A stretch of 63,594 nucleotides of DNA, filler included, from Nemertoderma westbladi (taxonomy: Eukaryota; Animalia; Xenacoelomorpha): NCBI GenBank assembly GCA_032718475.1. It is 4 parts of 4 records of this genome, joined end to end, with 100 filler letters (N's around TTAATTAATTAA, not from the genome) between each part and the next. Parts side by side here need not be neighbours in the genome. Positions count along the whole stretch, not along the records: positions 17,752 to 37,876 come from JAUCBJ010004503.1; positions 37,977 to 58,080 come from JAUCBJ010005071.1; 2 more parts are not named here. One strand, written 5' to 3'. Both the position numbers and the translations under genes were made by a program. Numbering within the stretch: the first letter of the stretch is position 1; every line of letters starts with the position of its first letter. Of this stretch, positions 36,401 through 47,280 are shown in pieces. The notes under the pieces were generated by a model, which worked only from the letters and a program-made list of their open reading frames with translations, did not search any database and had not been told where the DNA came from.

Positions 36401-37319
36401 TGAGGATACTGCGGTGATTGCGGATAAACAGCCATCTTCATCGGCTCCTGCGAAGGTAACAAGACAGACACTTTCTCCACGCAAGGGTAAATGGAAACGG
36501 AAGATTCCCGATAAAGTGAAAGAGGTTCCAGTCAGCTTAGATAAAGTTACTAATAGAAAACCCAATGAAGATAGTATTAATCTTGAACAAACTGAATTGC
36601 TTAAGGTTCAAGAGGTTGTATCACCCGTTACTGACGACAATGCCAGTTCTATGATAAATTTGAACAGCGGTGAACCCAAATCCATTGCGACCGAAATTGT
36701 GAAACACAATGTTGATGTCCGTGATAAAGTTAAATCTACTGCAAAGGCGCCGGCAACCGAGTCTAACATTTCCAATGGTGGTCTATCTAAATCCAAAGTT
36801 AAAGTAATCGATTCTGCTAAAATCAAGACACCCACTTCCGATCCCGCCAAAACCAAAGCAGTCAAATCTGATTCTCTCCAAAACATGGCTGTCACATCCG
36901 ATTCGGTCAAAACCAACTTACGATCATCAGATTCTGTCAAAACCAACTCAGTCACATCCGCGACCGTCAAAACCAAGGAGAGGCCATCTGATTCTGTCAA
37001 AACCAAGAGACAAGCATCTGATTCTCACAAATCGAAGACAGGCACTTCTGTTTCTCTCAAAACCACGGCTGCCACATCCGATTATGTCAAAACCAAATCT
37101 GAAGCATCTGTTACTGTCAAAACTAAAGCTGGACCATCTGACTCCGTCAAAACTAAGATAAATACGAAGGTCAAACCGAAGAAATCCACTGCCAAAACTG
37201 ATGCTGATAGTTCATCAGCTCCTTCCTCTGAAGTCGCGCAGATGGAAATCTTGGAATTGGAAATGAGGGCGCGAGCTATTCGATCTCTAATGGAAAAATT
37301 CAATTTGGCAAAGCAATAA
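33480..37319 (+). CDS. CAAP1: Caspase activity and apoptosis inhibitor 1 homolog, single-exon, 1279 aa (start may be ATG 33531)
   Basis: LKPLSSFVKCREVLLDEALQMITRQQLEAMLPPILKDIPMFELKTLCLEQLEIISSKRIQHIMDG matches the CAAP1 core, and the C-terminus QMEILELEMRARAIRSLM matches the conserved LELEMRARAI motif. AATAAA after the stop. Confidence 0.88.
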   Translation: MQSMKNVEKRLLTFCDRMAAEHKKDNPVPVVSLADSTQDTANKKSKKKSKKIKKKRKKKKETSSSSSSSASESEDIAEVVEEDPNAKWMDLSVPLKPLSSFVKCREVLLDEALQMITRQQLEAMLPPILKDIPMFELKTLCLEQLEIISSKRIQHIMDGQAMLSSSSTNSSDDEVSSDLDDDIVDDEEDDGDVDAQFSDEVRGAGEMVESSPDEGSDGGFGYDRDPVAIDTPGESSIENDEVEWRRKAEDCDGPDDVEALIESEIQRQIAKYKKGLPNSKEDDSINSDSSRSTERGTNMEDYPEYLQPMDTSEVIECGSEEGEVMTDVEEVPVSKPPQRKVDNSKPIVGKMPKIQAKLVAKKRAEKEKAKLEQLMSAKAAKISPKKALLQSAEETMAKLNKALRAAAAVPKLTLTSGEKIGGGKELVEKTVNINDGADDEDESGSDSVDKADAVLEQSIDNIVESSVNLVNKVVVKKGKKKKVDKPQHRFQDIHEYENEEDSTDAVFNMDVSSTVDENSSTCGVEYVLEGEELNKSTADGSVDSSVESQGTETEYVLMSSSRSAPGSGESEGEVETGRQSIGVVLSQEVSAEPVVPQVFGEYFDPQDNSIDIHCDSTDVDGDTVEMIPFTKTITNAALDLVEGDDFTLESISISIKNDAVQLAEPISAVAQLVNETEANVIVKKDTIQSPSITKKGGRKRGRGSRRSAQKKPKEVEKQNVDETDEYSGALDDHPDVEPKILAKTDHKDKEDLIQNPVNAIVNDSKEGNTEIVADDVGKAMDIDTQDMIDLKTRTITELPENGDATASGQRPSKRMRRSTAIKTRSSKRRQSISNELVGGSDPVVDIDKVAAVSTGASDVQDKEVESPAVESSVLIIDAYGNIDSPQTVIPQPKSKSTTTPTVKKGKKLTRISRTAKLEAPCVESSARANITNGSTTAVSTHCKPINNDELVQRDIAESEAILPDLTKPPKTTSVEDTAVIADKQPSSSAPAKVTRQTLSPRKGKWKRKIPDKVKEVPVSLDKVTNRKPNEDSINLEQTELLKVQEVVSPVTDDNASSMINLNSGEPKSIATEIVKHNVDVRDKVKSTAKAPATESNISNGGLSKSKVKVIDSAKIKTPTSDPAKTKAVKSDSLQNMAVTSDSVKTNLRSSDSVKTNSVTSATVKTKERPSDSVKTKRQASDSHKSKTGTSVSLKTTAATSDYVKTKSEASVTVKTKAGPSDSVKTKINTKVKPKKSTAKTDADSSSAPSSEVAQMEILELEMRARAIRSLMEKFNLAKQ

Positions 37320-37876
37320 ATTATGGAATAATAAATTGATTTAAGTGTAATATAAGTTCAGTTACGAAGTCGGAGGTTTTTCAACTTAAAATAGTAAATA
37401 TTGATTATTTCGTGAAGTTGCAGTTCTGTAAATGAAAGCGAGTTCTGAACTAATGATCAGATCATTTTACTTTTTAGTAATTATTTAGTGGAATTCTATT
37501 TCCATTATTCCATTCGGTGTATAAATTCCAGTCTCACAGCAGTTATTGTACGTCCTTGTCGTGATTTGTTGGTGCCTCACATGGATTACAAATCTGTAAA
37601 GAAAATCAATTTCTTAGAGAAATCGCCGATATATTGGCGTTCGATGTTTTTTATCAGCTATTTAATTATCTGTTTAACTATAGTATAGTATTCTTTAAAA
37701 GGTTACAGATTTTATATTCATACTTTTTCTAGCTGATTAGAGCCCAATATTGGAAGAATCAGCCACACGTTTTCATGCGGTACCAACAAATCACGAACAG
37801 TTTCCGATTTGTAATGGATACGAGTGCTGTCATTTTTTAAGTACTAGATTACTCAGTTAAACCAGACGTGATGGGA

Positions 37877-37976
37877 NNNNNNNNNNNNNNNNNNNNNNNN
37901 NNNNNNNNNNNNNNNNNNNNTTAATTAATTAANNNNNNNNNNNNNNNNNNNNNNNNNNNNNNNNNNNNNNNNNNNN
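37877..37976. other. Assembly spacer
   Basis: N44-TTAATTAATTAA-N44. Confidence 0.97.
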
Positions 37977-39765
37977 CTGGGTAAAAACTAGGGCCTGAGT
38001 GAATACTGGTAAATTAGGAATCAATATTTATTTTAATTGCGTCGTGGGAGTGGCATATAACCTACCAGTAAAACAGGTATTAAAAATTAATTAATTAAAT
38101 ACTAAAGTAATAATAATAAAAAGGAGTTAAAAATTCGCCTATGTTTAGCTGGTAGACTCAGCCTAATATGTCTTCGACTTAGTATTTTGGTTGCAGTTTA
38201 GAAGGTGGTATAATGGGGCCGGATCCCCGCAGAGCCGACAAACACAACTCTCCATATCGGGGGGGGGGGGGGGGGGGGGGGGGGGGTAGAACCGCGCAAT
38301 TATGGAATAATAAATATGTGTAAATAATATAATGTATAGTAACGGGAAAGATAGTAATGGTAAATTTAAAAATATCACGTGTTATAGTTTACACAGGTTT
38401 TCAGTTTTACCGTGTGAATTGCCGAATTTTGCCAGTTAGCCGATTTATCAACACTTTGGTTGTGAGGCTATTATAGACTGACCGGATAGAAAAATCTTAT
38501 CGCAAAGAAATAAATCCCTTTGCAAACTCATCTATAGCAACATCCGTGGATGCGCGTATTGACAATGCCGACTAGTTTCCCATGGAAAATGTAACAATAT
38601 GTTTCTGTATAATATAATCTCTGTCAACAGACGGTGATAAGTTCTCAAGTACCGGTAGCATTCTCCCTAATGCATTAACCTCGCGGTCCCATAAGCCAGT
38701 GTTTGTCCACCTTGTGATATAGTAAGTCTGTAAGATAATAATTATTCTCTTTTATCGAATTCGATTGCCCCGGTATAATCCTTCTAAATCTTTGAGAAAC
38801 CAGATTGTTATTCGTGTTTGCTATAGATAAGTTTAATTGGTCTCTTATCTGAATAGTGCGTGTCATGGCAGCCTACTTCGACTATATTATAAATTGTATT
38901 GTAAATAGGATTAAATGCAGGTACATTAATCTGTATGCTGTGTTTATGTTTTGGCGTGATAGCAATGTCGCAACATGTGCATTATTGTCCAGGACGCCCA
39001 TTCAGGTGACTGTCCAGGACGCCTAAGGCCAATCGTATTGATATATCTGCATAGTTCGTGCTCTGACCATGATCTTGCGCACATAGAATGTTTTCTCAGT
39101 CAAATCGTTTAGACTCAATGAACACTTAAACAGATCGGTTCTTAGTCCTCTAACAAATGGGTTTGGATTATACCGTTAGGCTAAAAGCGTTTAATTGGTA
39201 CTCCCAGTCCAATGTCCTCTTACCAGCCGCGAATTGAACATTCATTAGTTAACCTGGTTCTAGTTATCTTATTGGGCTGTGTGAGCTCTTAGCTGTGGGG
39301 CTCTGTGTGCACCTCTTGATGGGGCCAAAAGTGCAAACGATTGTCTGGACTTACCCGTGTAGTTAACGACCTATAGACTAATCTCGATTACCGCAGAGCA
39401 ATGGAGCTTAGCCCTCTCGTCCCTGTCCGGCCTCTTTATCACCAACCGCGAGGCTTAAAATATGTCCAGGCGATTAATTTCCGTTTCAGCTAAATGAGGT
39501 TAAATTTTCTGCTCGTTACGCCGGTGTCAATATATCTAAGTGTGGTGACAATGCGTTATGCTTCCGGGTAAATTCAGAGGCGCTTTTTTCACTTAATCCG
39601 CTATCATTGGCGTTTGAAGTCCGAAGTTAATGTTGTATTGAGATTTTATCAGAGTATATATATATTATATATAATATGTGATGTTCTTAATAATTATATA
39701 TCTCGAGTGAAATTTTTCAATTTATTTTTTTTTAGATCTATATAGTTTTACTGTATTTCATTCAG

Positions 39766-40110
39766 GTTTGGTTTAAAAATAGACGAGCGAAATGGAGAAA
39801 ATATAAACGGGATACCGAGACAAAGAAAGAAAGTTCTTCCGGTGAAACGAAAAATGAGTTAAAAGCAGATATTTCAACTTCATCAAAACTTCGGGAATGT
39901 TCCACAACTGCAAATTCCACAGAAGTTGTTGGCGAATTAGTTTCTACCCAAACTGGGCCAGGTAGTAGATACGAAGTACCGGTAGGCGAACCAGCTAGCA
40001 GATACGGCATACCGGTAGCTGAGGGCGATAACTCGGATTCCTACTTATCTTCTGATAACGGCGGTGAACATCACTTGGATGAAACTGAAATGGTTGATGT
40101 AGAAATATAG
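39766..40110 (+). CDS. gsc: Terminal coding exon of a K50 paired-class homeobox gene, most like goosecoid
   Basis: Acceptor TTTCATTCAG| then VWFKNRRAKWRKYKR (helix 3, K50, intron at the PRD-class 46/47 position), 114 codons open to TAG. KR rather than the Pitx RER, and no OAR or Otx WSP motif downstream. Class is secure; orthology is less so. Confidence 0.7.
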   Translation, partial: VWFKNRRAKWRKYKRDTETKKESSSGETKNELKADISTSSKLRECSTTANSTEVVGELVSTQTGPGSRYEVPVGEPASRYGIPVAEGDNSDSYLSSDNGGEHHLDETEMVDVEI

Positions 40111-40754
40111 AGACTATAATTGTGTTTTTTTTTCTAAAAGAAATTGTTTGTTATTATTTTGATAAGCTTGTAATGAATGGTGCAATACAGTATTTGGCCT
40201 TATTGTCATGAATATATAGTCACTTTTAGGTTTTTCCGTACAAAATATTACTTACCCCTTATGGTTCGCTTACTATTTACATACTTTTATGTAAAGTATC
40301 ACTTTATAAGGTGTGCCGATCTGATCTGAGAGCATAGATAAAGTTAAAGTTACTCGAATTTACTTACTGAGTGAGTGGAAAAAAGCCACGAGTTATTGCA
40401 ACGTTTAACTATATACATACATAAAGTAGGCCTACGTAGACAGCCGTATATGACCGATAGCTGTAGAAAAGGTGTTTAGGCCTAATTTAATTATTATTTA
40501 CAATAATTTCGGCAAGTTTTTAATAATAACCGCGAGGAAAAGCAGTTTAAAGTTACAGTCAAATTTAAAGTAATCGGCTAAAGCTCTAAACTGACATTAC
40601 TTGATTGTACAACAGTAATATGATATGTTGCCCTCTAAATTTATATTAACTTACATTATATTGCGCTGTTAACACTAGCGGCTTTAAACGTAATGATAAA
40701 ATTAACCGTTTACCGTAAAATATTTCCGTATTTACTAATTTGAATCATTAGTTT

Positions 40755-41800
40755 GGAAGCAGGACAATTCGGTCCCGGACAATTTGGTCCCATGTTTTTT
40801 GTGTTTAGGGACCGAATTGTCCGGGACCGAATTGTCCGGGATCGAATTGTCCGGGACCAAATTTAATTGGAGCTACTGCACTATATAATGGTGAATGTTC
40901 TAGAACCTTAATATATATTATTATATGGTAGCTAGTGTTTTTTTTTACTAGCTAGTATTTTTTTGAAAATAAAAAAATTTTACTTTTTTTTGTTAACATT
41001 ATTAGTTATGGTAGCTATTATGGTGTTTTTATGGAGCTTGTGAATTATTTACTAGCTAGTAATAGTATGTATTTAAAATGTGTAAAACTGATTTTTTTTT
41101 ATATATTGCGTATGTATACTGCATGTGTTGTTGGTTGGTTAACAAGCCTAAATTATTATCTTAGATAATAGCTGGATCTCATTCAGGGACTGTTATAATA
41201 TCATCAATATTTTTGGTAATTAATATAATCAGCAACAGTTTAGGCCTAATTCTGAAATATCAATGTTTTCACAAGTTTTTTATAATTTCAAGGAAATGCT
41301 AGCTAGTAAAAAAAAACACTAGCTACACCGTAATAAATAATATATAATAATAATGTTCAAGATCACTTACCAATAACAAAAATAAAAAAAAGTATAGTAT
41401 TTTTAAAATTTCAAAAAATTCTAGCTAGTAAATAACACTAGCTACCATAAAAAAATATCTCTACTAATGTTCTAGAACATTCACCAATATCAAAAAAGCA
41501 CTAAAAAGCTGCTATCAGGAACCGGACAATTCGGTCCCGGACAATTCGGTCCCGGACAATTCGGTCCCGGACATTCGGTCCCGGATAATTCGGTCCCGGA
41601 CAATTCGGTCCCGGACAATTCGGTCCCGGACAATTCGGTCCTAGGACAATTCGGTCCCGGACAATTCGGTCCCGGACTATTCGGTCCCATTTATTTAGTG
41701 TTTTGGGACCGGATTGTTTGGGACCGAATTGTCCGGGACCGAATTGTCCGGACCGAATTGTCCGGGACCGAATTGTCCGGAACCGAATTGTCCTACATCA
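40755..41800. mobile_element. Mutator/MULE-type foldback MITE with 15-bp repeats (GGACAATTCGGTCCC)
   Basis: Inverted ends AGGACAATTCGG / CCGAATTGTCCT and a perfect 9-bp flanking duplication CATTAGTTT (40746-40754, 41801-41809). Confidence 0.88.
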
Positions 41801-44102
41801 CATTAGTTTCTATAAATATATAATTAATTATGTTTTTATGGATATTTACTAATTGAATCTGTGCTGTTCTAAAATACCAATTGGTATTGAAAAATCCCTT
41901 GTAACATTGAATAGGCCTACTACTGTAGTAACATTGACATGAATATTAGACATGGTTCACCATGCTGACTATACTGGTGATAATACTCGATAATACTGGT
42001 GATAATTTGACGCAAATCACATCGACCGAATTAATATCTGGCGTCAATGTTAAATTTATCATTAAAGGAATTGAGCAGGTCGCAGCGGCACGTTATTCTA
42101 ACAAAAACAATAAACCAAAGTCAACAGAACAGGTTACAGATTTATTTTTCAGAGTAATCAGATGTTATTTGCGTTGATTTCCTTGGACAGGGATGAATTT
42201 TGATTGGTCGAAGGGCCCCCCCTCCAGCCCATCTGCCTTCGAGAAAATTTAAATATTGTTGCGTTATAAAGAAATGTTACGTACAGTTTTATATGCCCCC
42301 CTCACTTTATGGTATTAATTGGGTCTAAAGAAATACACCACTTTATTTCATTTATTCTTTATGCACAACTAACCCAACGGACTTGTACATGTTCGACGTA
42401 CTAAAGCAGTAAAATATAACAGTCGCGCTCGCATTTATTATAAGTTAACCAGCATGTGAATGCATCGTTGATGGAGGAATGGTAGAATAATTTTTATATA
42501 TAATACAAAAAGTAAACTAATAATACATGCATTAGTATTTTGTAATCTGCATTGTAATTATTATATTACAGTATAATATTAAATAAAATGGGAAATTACT
42601 GAATTAATAAACAGTAAATGTGAGTGAAGCGAACGGATATTTTTTAAACTTTCCTTTAACAACATAATGATAGTTCTTCCCTCTACTTTATTTCTTCTAA
42701 AAAGTAATTATTTTATTACTTTTCGGTTATGAATTATTTCTCGCTAGTAGTTTAGAATTAAACTATGTTTCCAGTATTATATCGGACTAAATTTCAATGT
42801 ATCCATGTCTGAGGACATTGACTGGTAAGGAACTGAGTTGGCTATTAACATTTTAGAACCCCGTGTACTTTTGTGTTTTGTGCCGTTATTGATGATCTTT
42901 TGTTCTCAAAACAAAAAAAAAGTTCTCGTTGTGGCGATACCATAAGGCCTGTCCGCTGACAAAATACTCTACAACTTGATTACTAATTCGTTAAGCGTGA
43001 AACTGATCCCTTTCAAATGTGTTTCGGTTGGGTTGCTACATCAAATAAAGAAGGAAAGAGATTTAACCCGTCTTATGGGTTACTCTCTTGGTTGATACCC
43101 CGTGTCCGCTAATAATCGTAACTAAATACTTTAGGCCCACAGTCTGTAAGGGAGCTCAGTTAACTGTATGATCATCCCTTCTCCTTCCACTCAAACAGAT
43201 TTCTTACTGGCCGAGTTAGAGAATAAAACGCGCCGCATTAGATTTAATAACAATCGCAATTGTGGGTTTATTTGCTCAGCACAAAGTAGCGCTAATATAT
43301 CTAGAGGCCCTTGGAGAATTAATAAAATCGAGCAGTGTGCGTTTGGTGTTTGCATCTCAGAGAACTACTGCACTGTAGGCCCTACAGCCCTTTCCTTACT
43401 ATCAAACTCTGGGTCCCGAACTACTTAGTGAAATAACTAAAGTTTTTCATTACCGGTACTTGAATTCTTTACCACTACAGTACAATAACAGATTTGTGGG
43501 GCGAGTCAAAAATGCGAGCTACCAGTGAAGTCTGTCTCTGTGTTAGATGTGTCAGAGTGGGGGTGTCGGAAGCCAATATCAATATAAGAATCTGTATCAT
43601 TAGCCATAGTATAATATAATAATTGTTCCCAGAGATGGGTTACAGCTTCTGCTGCATGAAGCTCCTACTCGTGTCCTTACTTTAGTATGATGTTAATTTT
43701 GATGGATACTACAGTACAATTTTGAATGAATGGCACAACATGACCGCAAATACCAACTACAGTATGTGTTAAGTGGGATTAAAAAAATTAATATAATTTT
43801 TAATTTAATATAAAAAAAGGAAAGGTGCACATTACAATGGCAGTGTTTTCTAACCAAATACAATAAACATAACAGTGTTTCACTTGCGGTCAATGTGCGA
43901 CGATGTCTGCTATACCTACTTTATGGTCAATACTGAAAAAATACATGTCAACACTTCGGAAAAAATGGAGCTAGTGCATTTTTAAAATTTTATTGTAAAT
44001 GGTTTACCACATGTCAACACTTCGTAAAGGAAAATATAAGTTGAAATATAATGTTGGTATACTTTAAAAAGCATTCAGATTTATGTTACGGTACGTAAGG
44101 GA

Positions 44103-44138
<36 letters not shown>

Positions 44139-45340
44139 ACTGTTCACCCCCAGTCTTTTTTCGGCAGTTTTTTAATGCGTTTTCCGATGTAAAATGTTAT
44201 GCTGATTCCGAATCTGAAAAGATGGATCAGTTTTTTTGACGAAACAATGTCTTTCGTTGGAAAAGACCACCAAATAACCAAAAATTCCGAAATATTTAGC
44301 ATTTAACGAATCAGCGCCAAAACTTTTCCTACAGTATAGGAATCAAAACCATAAAAGAAAATAATTTTTGAAAAAATTTAAAAGCATTCACTTTTGGTAC
44401 ATGTTTGGTCAGTTGTAATCAGGAGAAAATTTTATATCACTTTTCTTGTGTTGGCTTTTTTGGGAGACTTTCTCTATCTACAGTACTAAACCGATTTTCG
44501 TTCTCGTTTGCAGAATTATGTAGAGGAATATTCCGCGCAAAAGTTGTGATGACAGAATTTTTTTTATTGAAATTTTGTTAGGCCTATTATTATTTATTAA
44601 TTAGGCCTATAATACCGGTCTAATATAATATAGGCCTATATTAGGCCTATGCACCAAAAGGGTCTGTTACCTCTGTATCTTTTAGAATTTGTTACCTATA
44701 GTGTGATTTTAGGCGCTGATTCCGAAAATAGCAAAATCTTTTTTGAAATTTTTGTGTGTTTGTTGGTCTTTATTGGTATCAAAAGACACCCCCCCCCCTC
44801 ATAAAGAATAAGTAATTATAAATATGACAAACTTGACATGGACGTATCGTTAGTGTTAGGTTATACAATTAGTTTATAATATTTAATTATATCAATTATC
44901 TGTGTAAGTTTTAGTTTTAGTTTGTAAGTGTGTAAGTTGTGTAAGTTTAAATTAATAATTTTGGTTAACTTCAATTAATTCTCACCTCTACCAGGTTGGT
45001 TATAGAGTGAAAATAATTGAAGGAAACAACAGCATGAGTTGTTACTGTCATGCAACCGCTCAACTGCGTCATGTCAGCCTTTAAACATGTATAATTAATA
45101 CAGCACTTCAGTTCACTGCACTGTAGACTCATGACATAGGGCATGACATGGGTGAATTATGACATGACATGACATCACTCTTGTGACTTCCATTGGAAAG
45201 AAATGAATCATCAGAAATTATACTAATTCTGCAGTAAGGAGGGGGCAGTGATAAGTCATAGTGTGCCAGGGGCCGCAGTGTGCCAGGCAGGGAAGCACGA
45301 TGCACCCGTATGGGATGAATGTAATATTTCATAGAATTAG

Positions 45341-47280
45341 CTAGTAATCCAATATGAGCTTCAGAAATATGTTTTCATACAAATGCGATTTTAGAATTCG
45401 ATCATGGGATGCAAATATCACATTTTCTCTGATACATAGGTTCTTAATCAAAGAATTGGTCATAGATACCAGGTAGTCTCTGCGTATAATTAAACTTGAA
45501 ACAACAATATTACAATCCTTCCAAGATCCGCGGGCTATTTGTATGGCCTCCCTTAATTTAGAAATGATCAAATCCTCTCTCTCGGTGTTTATGTCATTCG
45601 TGCCTGCTTGAATATATACAGATGAAATATTGGGGTAAGTTTTGGTTGACCTTTGTGGGGCGAGCCACGAAGTGAGCGAAGCCTTAGCATATGGGTGCCA
45701 TTGGCGAGTTGTCTGTCGTCATCGTCGTCTGTCGTCGTCTGTCGTCGTCGTCTGTCGTTGTTGTCGTCTGTCGTTGTAATTTTTGATCGCTAATAACTCG
45801 ATTATTCCTCGATGAAATTAAATGAAACTTGGTATGTATGTAGTCCGTCAACAGTTTAGAAGAATCTTAAGTTTGGTCAAAAACGAACGAACACAATGAG
45901 GCACAAGAGAAGGATGACGAGTATTGTGTTGAAGATTTCTGACTAACAGCAGACAACTTGTTAATGGTGCCTATATGCTAAAGGCTTTGATCACTTCGTG
46001 CTGCACGAAGGCCCCACGAATGTGTAATATTATCTACTAGAGACGTGGTTGTTGAGGTTGGTATGATCCGGCCAGAAGAGTGGATACCACGAGTATTGAT
46101 GTATCTTATATTACTGTCCATTAGTAGTAAACATGTTATACGAGCTGTTGTATTATTTGATTTAGCAGGAACTGGTACATATTCAGACTTATATACCGTG
46201 GTGAATATATACTATATTATATACTGTGGTGAATGTTCGTACAGCCCCACAGTAGGTGTTGTTATTTCGTTTGGCTCAGGCGGACCCATAGGGGTACCGT
46301 TAGTTATGATTGATGTCTCTCTAGCAAGGTCTACCGGTATATCTTCCGTAAGTGGTACTACAGTTCCAGTACTTGTATCCACTCGACTTCTATCCTTCGC
46401 CTGTATAGGACAGATATCGGATAGATTCTCATGCGTATCAGCCCTCTCCTCTACATCGACTATTGTTATATTACCTCTCTCACAATAATTTTCTCCTCCT
46501 TTAATCTCTCCTACAGTTTCATTTGTAATAAGAGTACTGGTAGAAGTCGAGGATGAACCTGATGGCCTACGTAAAACGGTTGTATTGTTCATATCAGTGG
46601 TTGGGAGCGGTGCCAATAATTTGAAACCAATTTCTTGGTTTATCCTGGTTTCTGTAATAGTTAACTCTATCTTGTTTAAGCAAGTGGATTCCAGTTCCTG
46701 TACTGTTTTGAGATTGTTTACTTGCGCTTCAAGTTTATCGATATGGTGAAGTAGTTTTGCTACTATACAAGTAATTATTGGGTTCTCATTAGAATCAGGG
46801 CCATCTTACTGAAGTTGATACCGGTAGAACATGTACCTGTACCTGTATTTAGTTTTGGTGAAAATGTATTTAGTTTATCCTTACCACTTTGGAGATAATA
46901 TTTCCATTAGGAACGAAATCTGTAATAGCTTCCACTATTATAGGCGACAATCCCACAATGGCAGACACAGGTGTTCCTGGCCAGCTGGGAGTCAATGACT
47001 CAATACCAGACGAATGTGACCATCCATTCTGAAAGTTGTCATCTTCACTGCTGGTATTTATTTCTCTTGATTGATGATTGACTTTTGCCAGAGTTCGATA
47101 CATTATTCATTAGCTGAGGTATCTCTATCTGAGGTATGACAATATTAATTAACAGAATTGCAGTATTTAGCTGTACTGCTGTAGGCCTACCTCAAAGCAG
47201 TAACAGTCAGACCTTGACGAGTTGAGTGAGCAGACCTTGACGAGACGAGTTGAGGTGTTAATGTAACTTTAACGCTGAAT
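45341..47280 (-). mobile_element. 5' end of a CR1/L2-group LINE: decayed ORF1 with coiled coil and SGNH/GDSL esterase
   Basis: LLHHIDKLEAQVNNLK coiled coil; block I LLLMDSNIRYI (~46100); block III VYIQAGTND (~45600); IVVSSLIIRRD. Starts exactly where the BEL integrase breaks. Confidence 0.75.
45654..46018. mobile_element. MITE inserted in LINE ORF1 (partial sister copy at 58917-59110)
   Basis: TGTGGGGCGAGCCACGAAGTGAGCGAAGCCTTAGCATATGGGTGCCATT with an imperfect inverted end ...CCCCAC; (GTC)n tract. Confidence 0.75.

Noticed and set aside
33191-37303. Antisense ORFs over CAAP1 (likewise over PolB and the RT)
   Set aside because: Shadow frames of the sense gene with no independent motifs.
38400-39650. 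Possible decayed viral ORF on the minus strand
   Set aside because: No recognisable motif and frequent stops in all frames; better explained as homeobox-gene intron.
33480-40110. CAAP1-homeobox linkage or fusion
   Set aside because: Separated by an artificial spacer; CAAP1 has its own stop and polyA signal.
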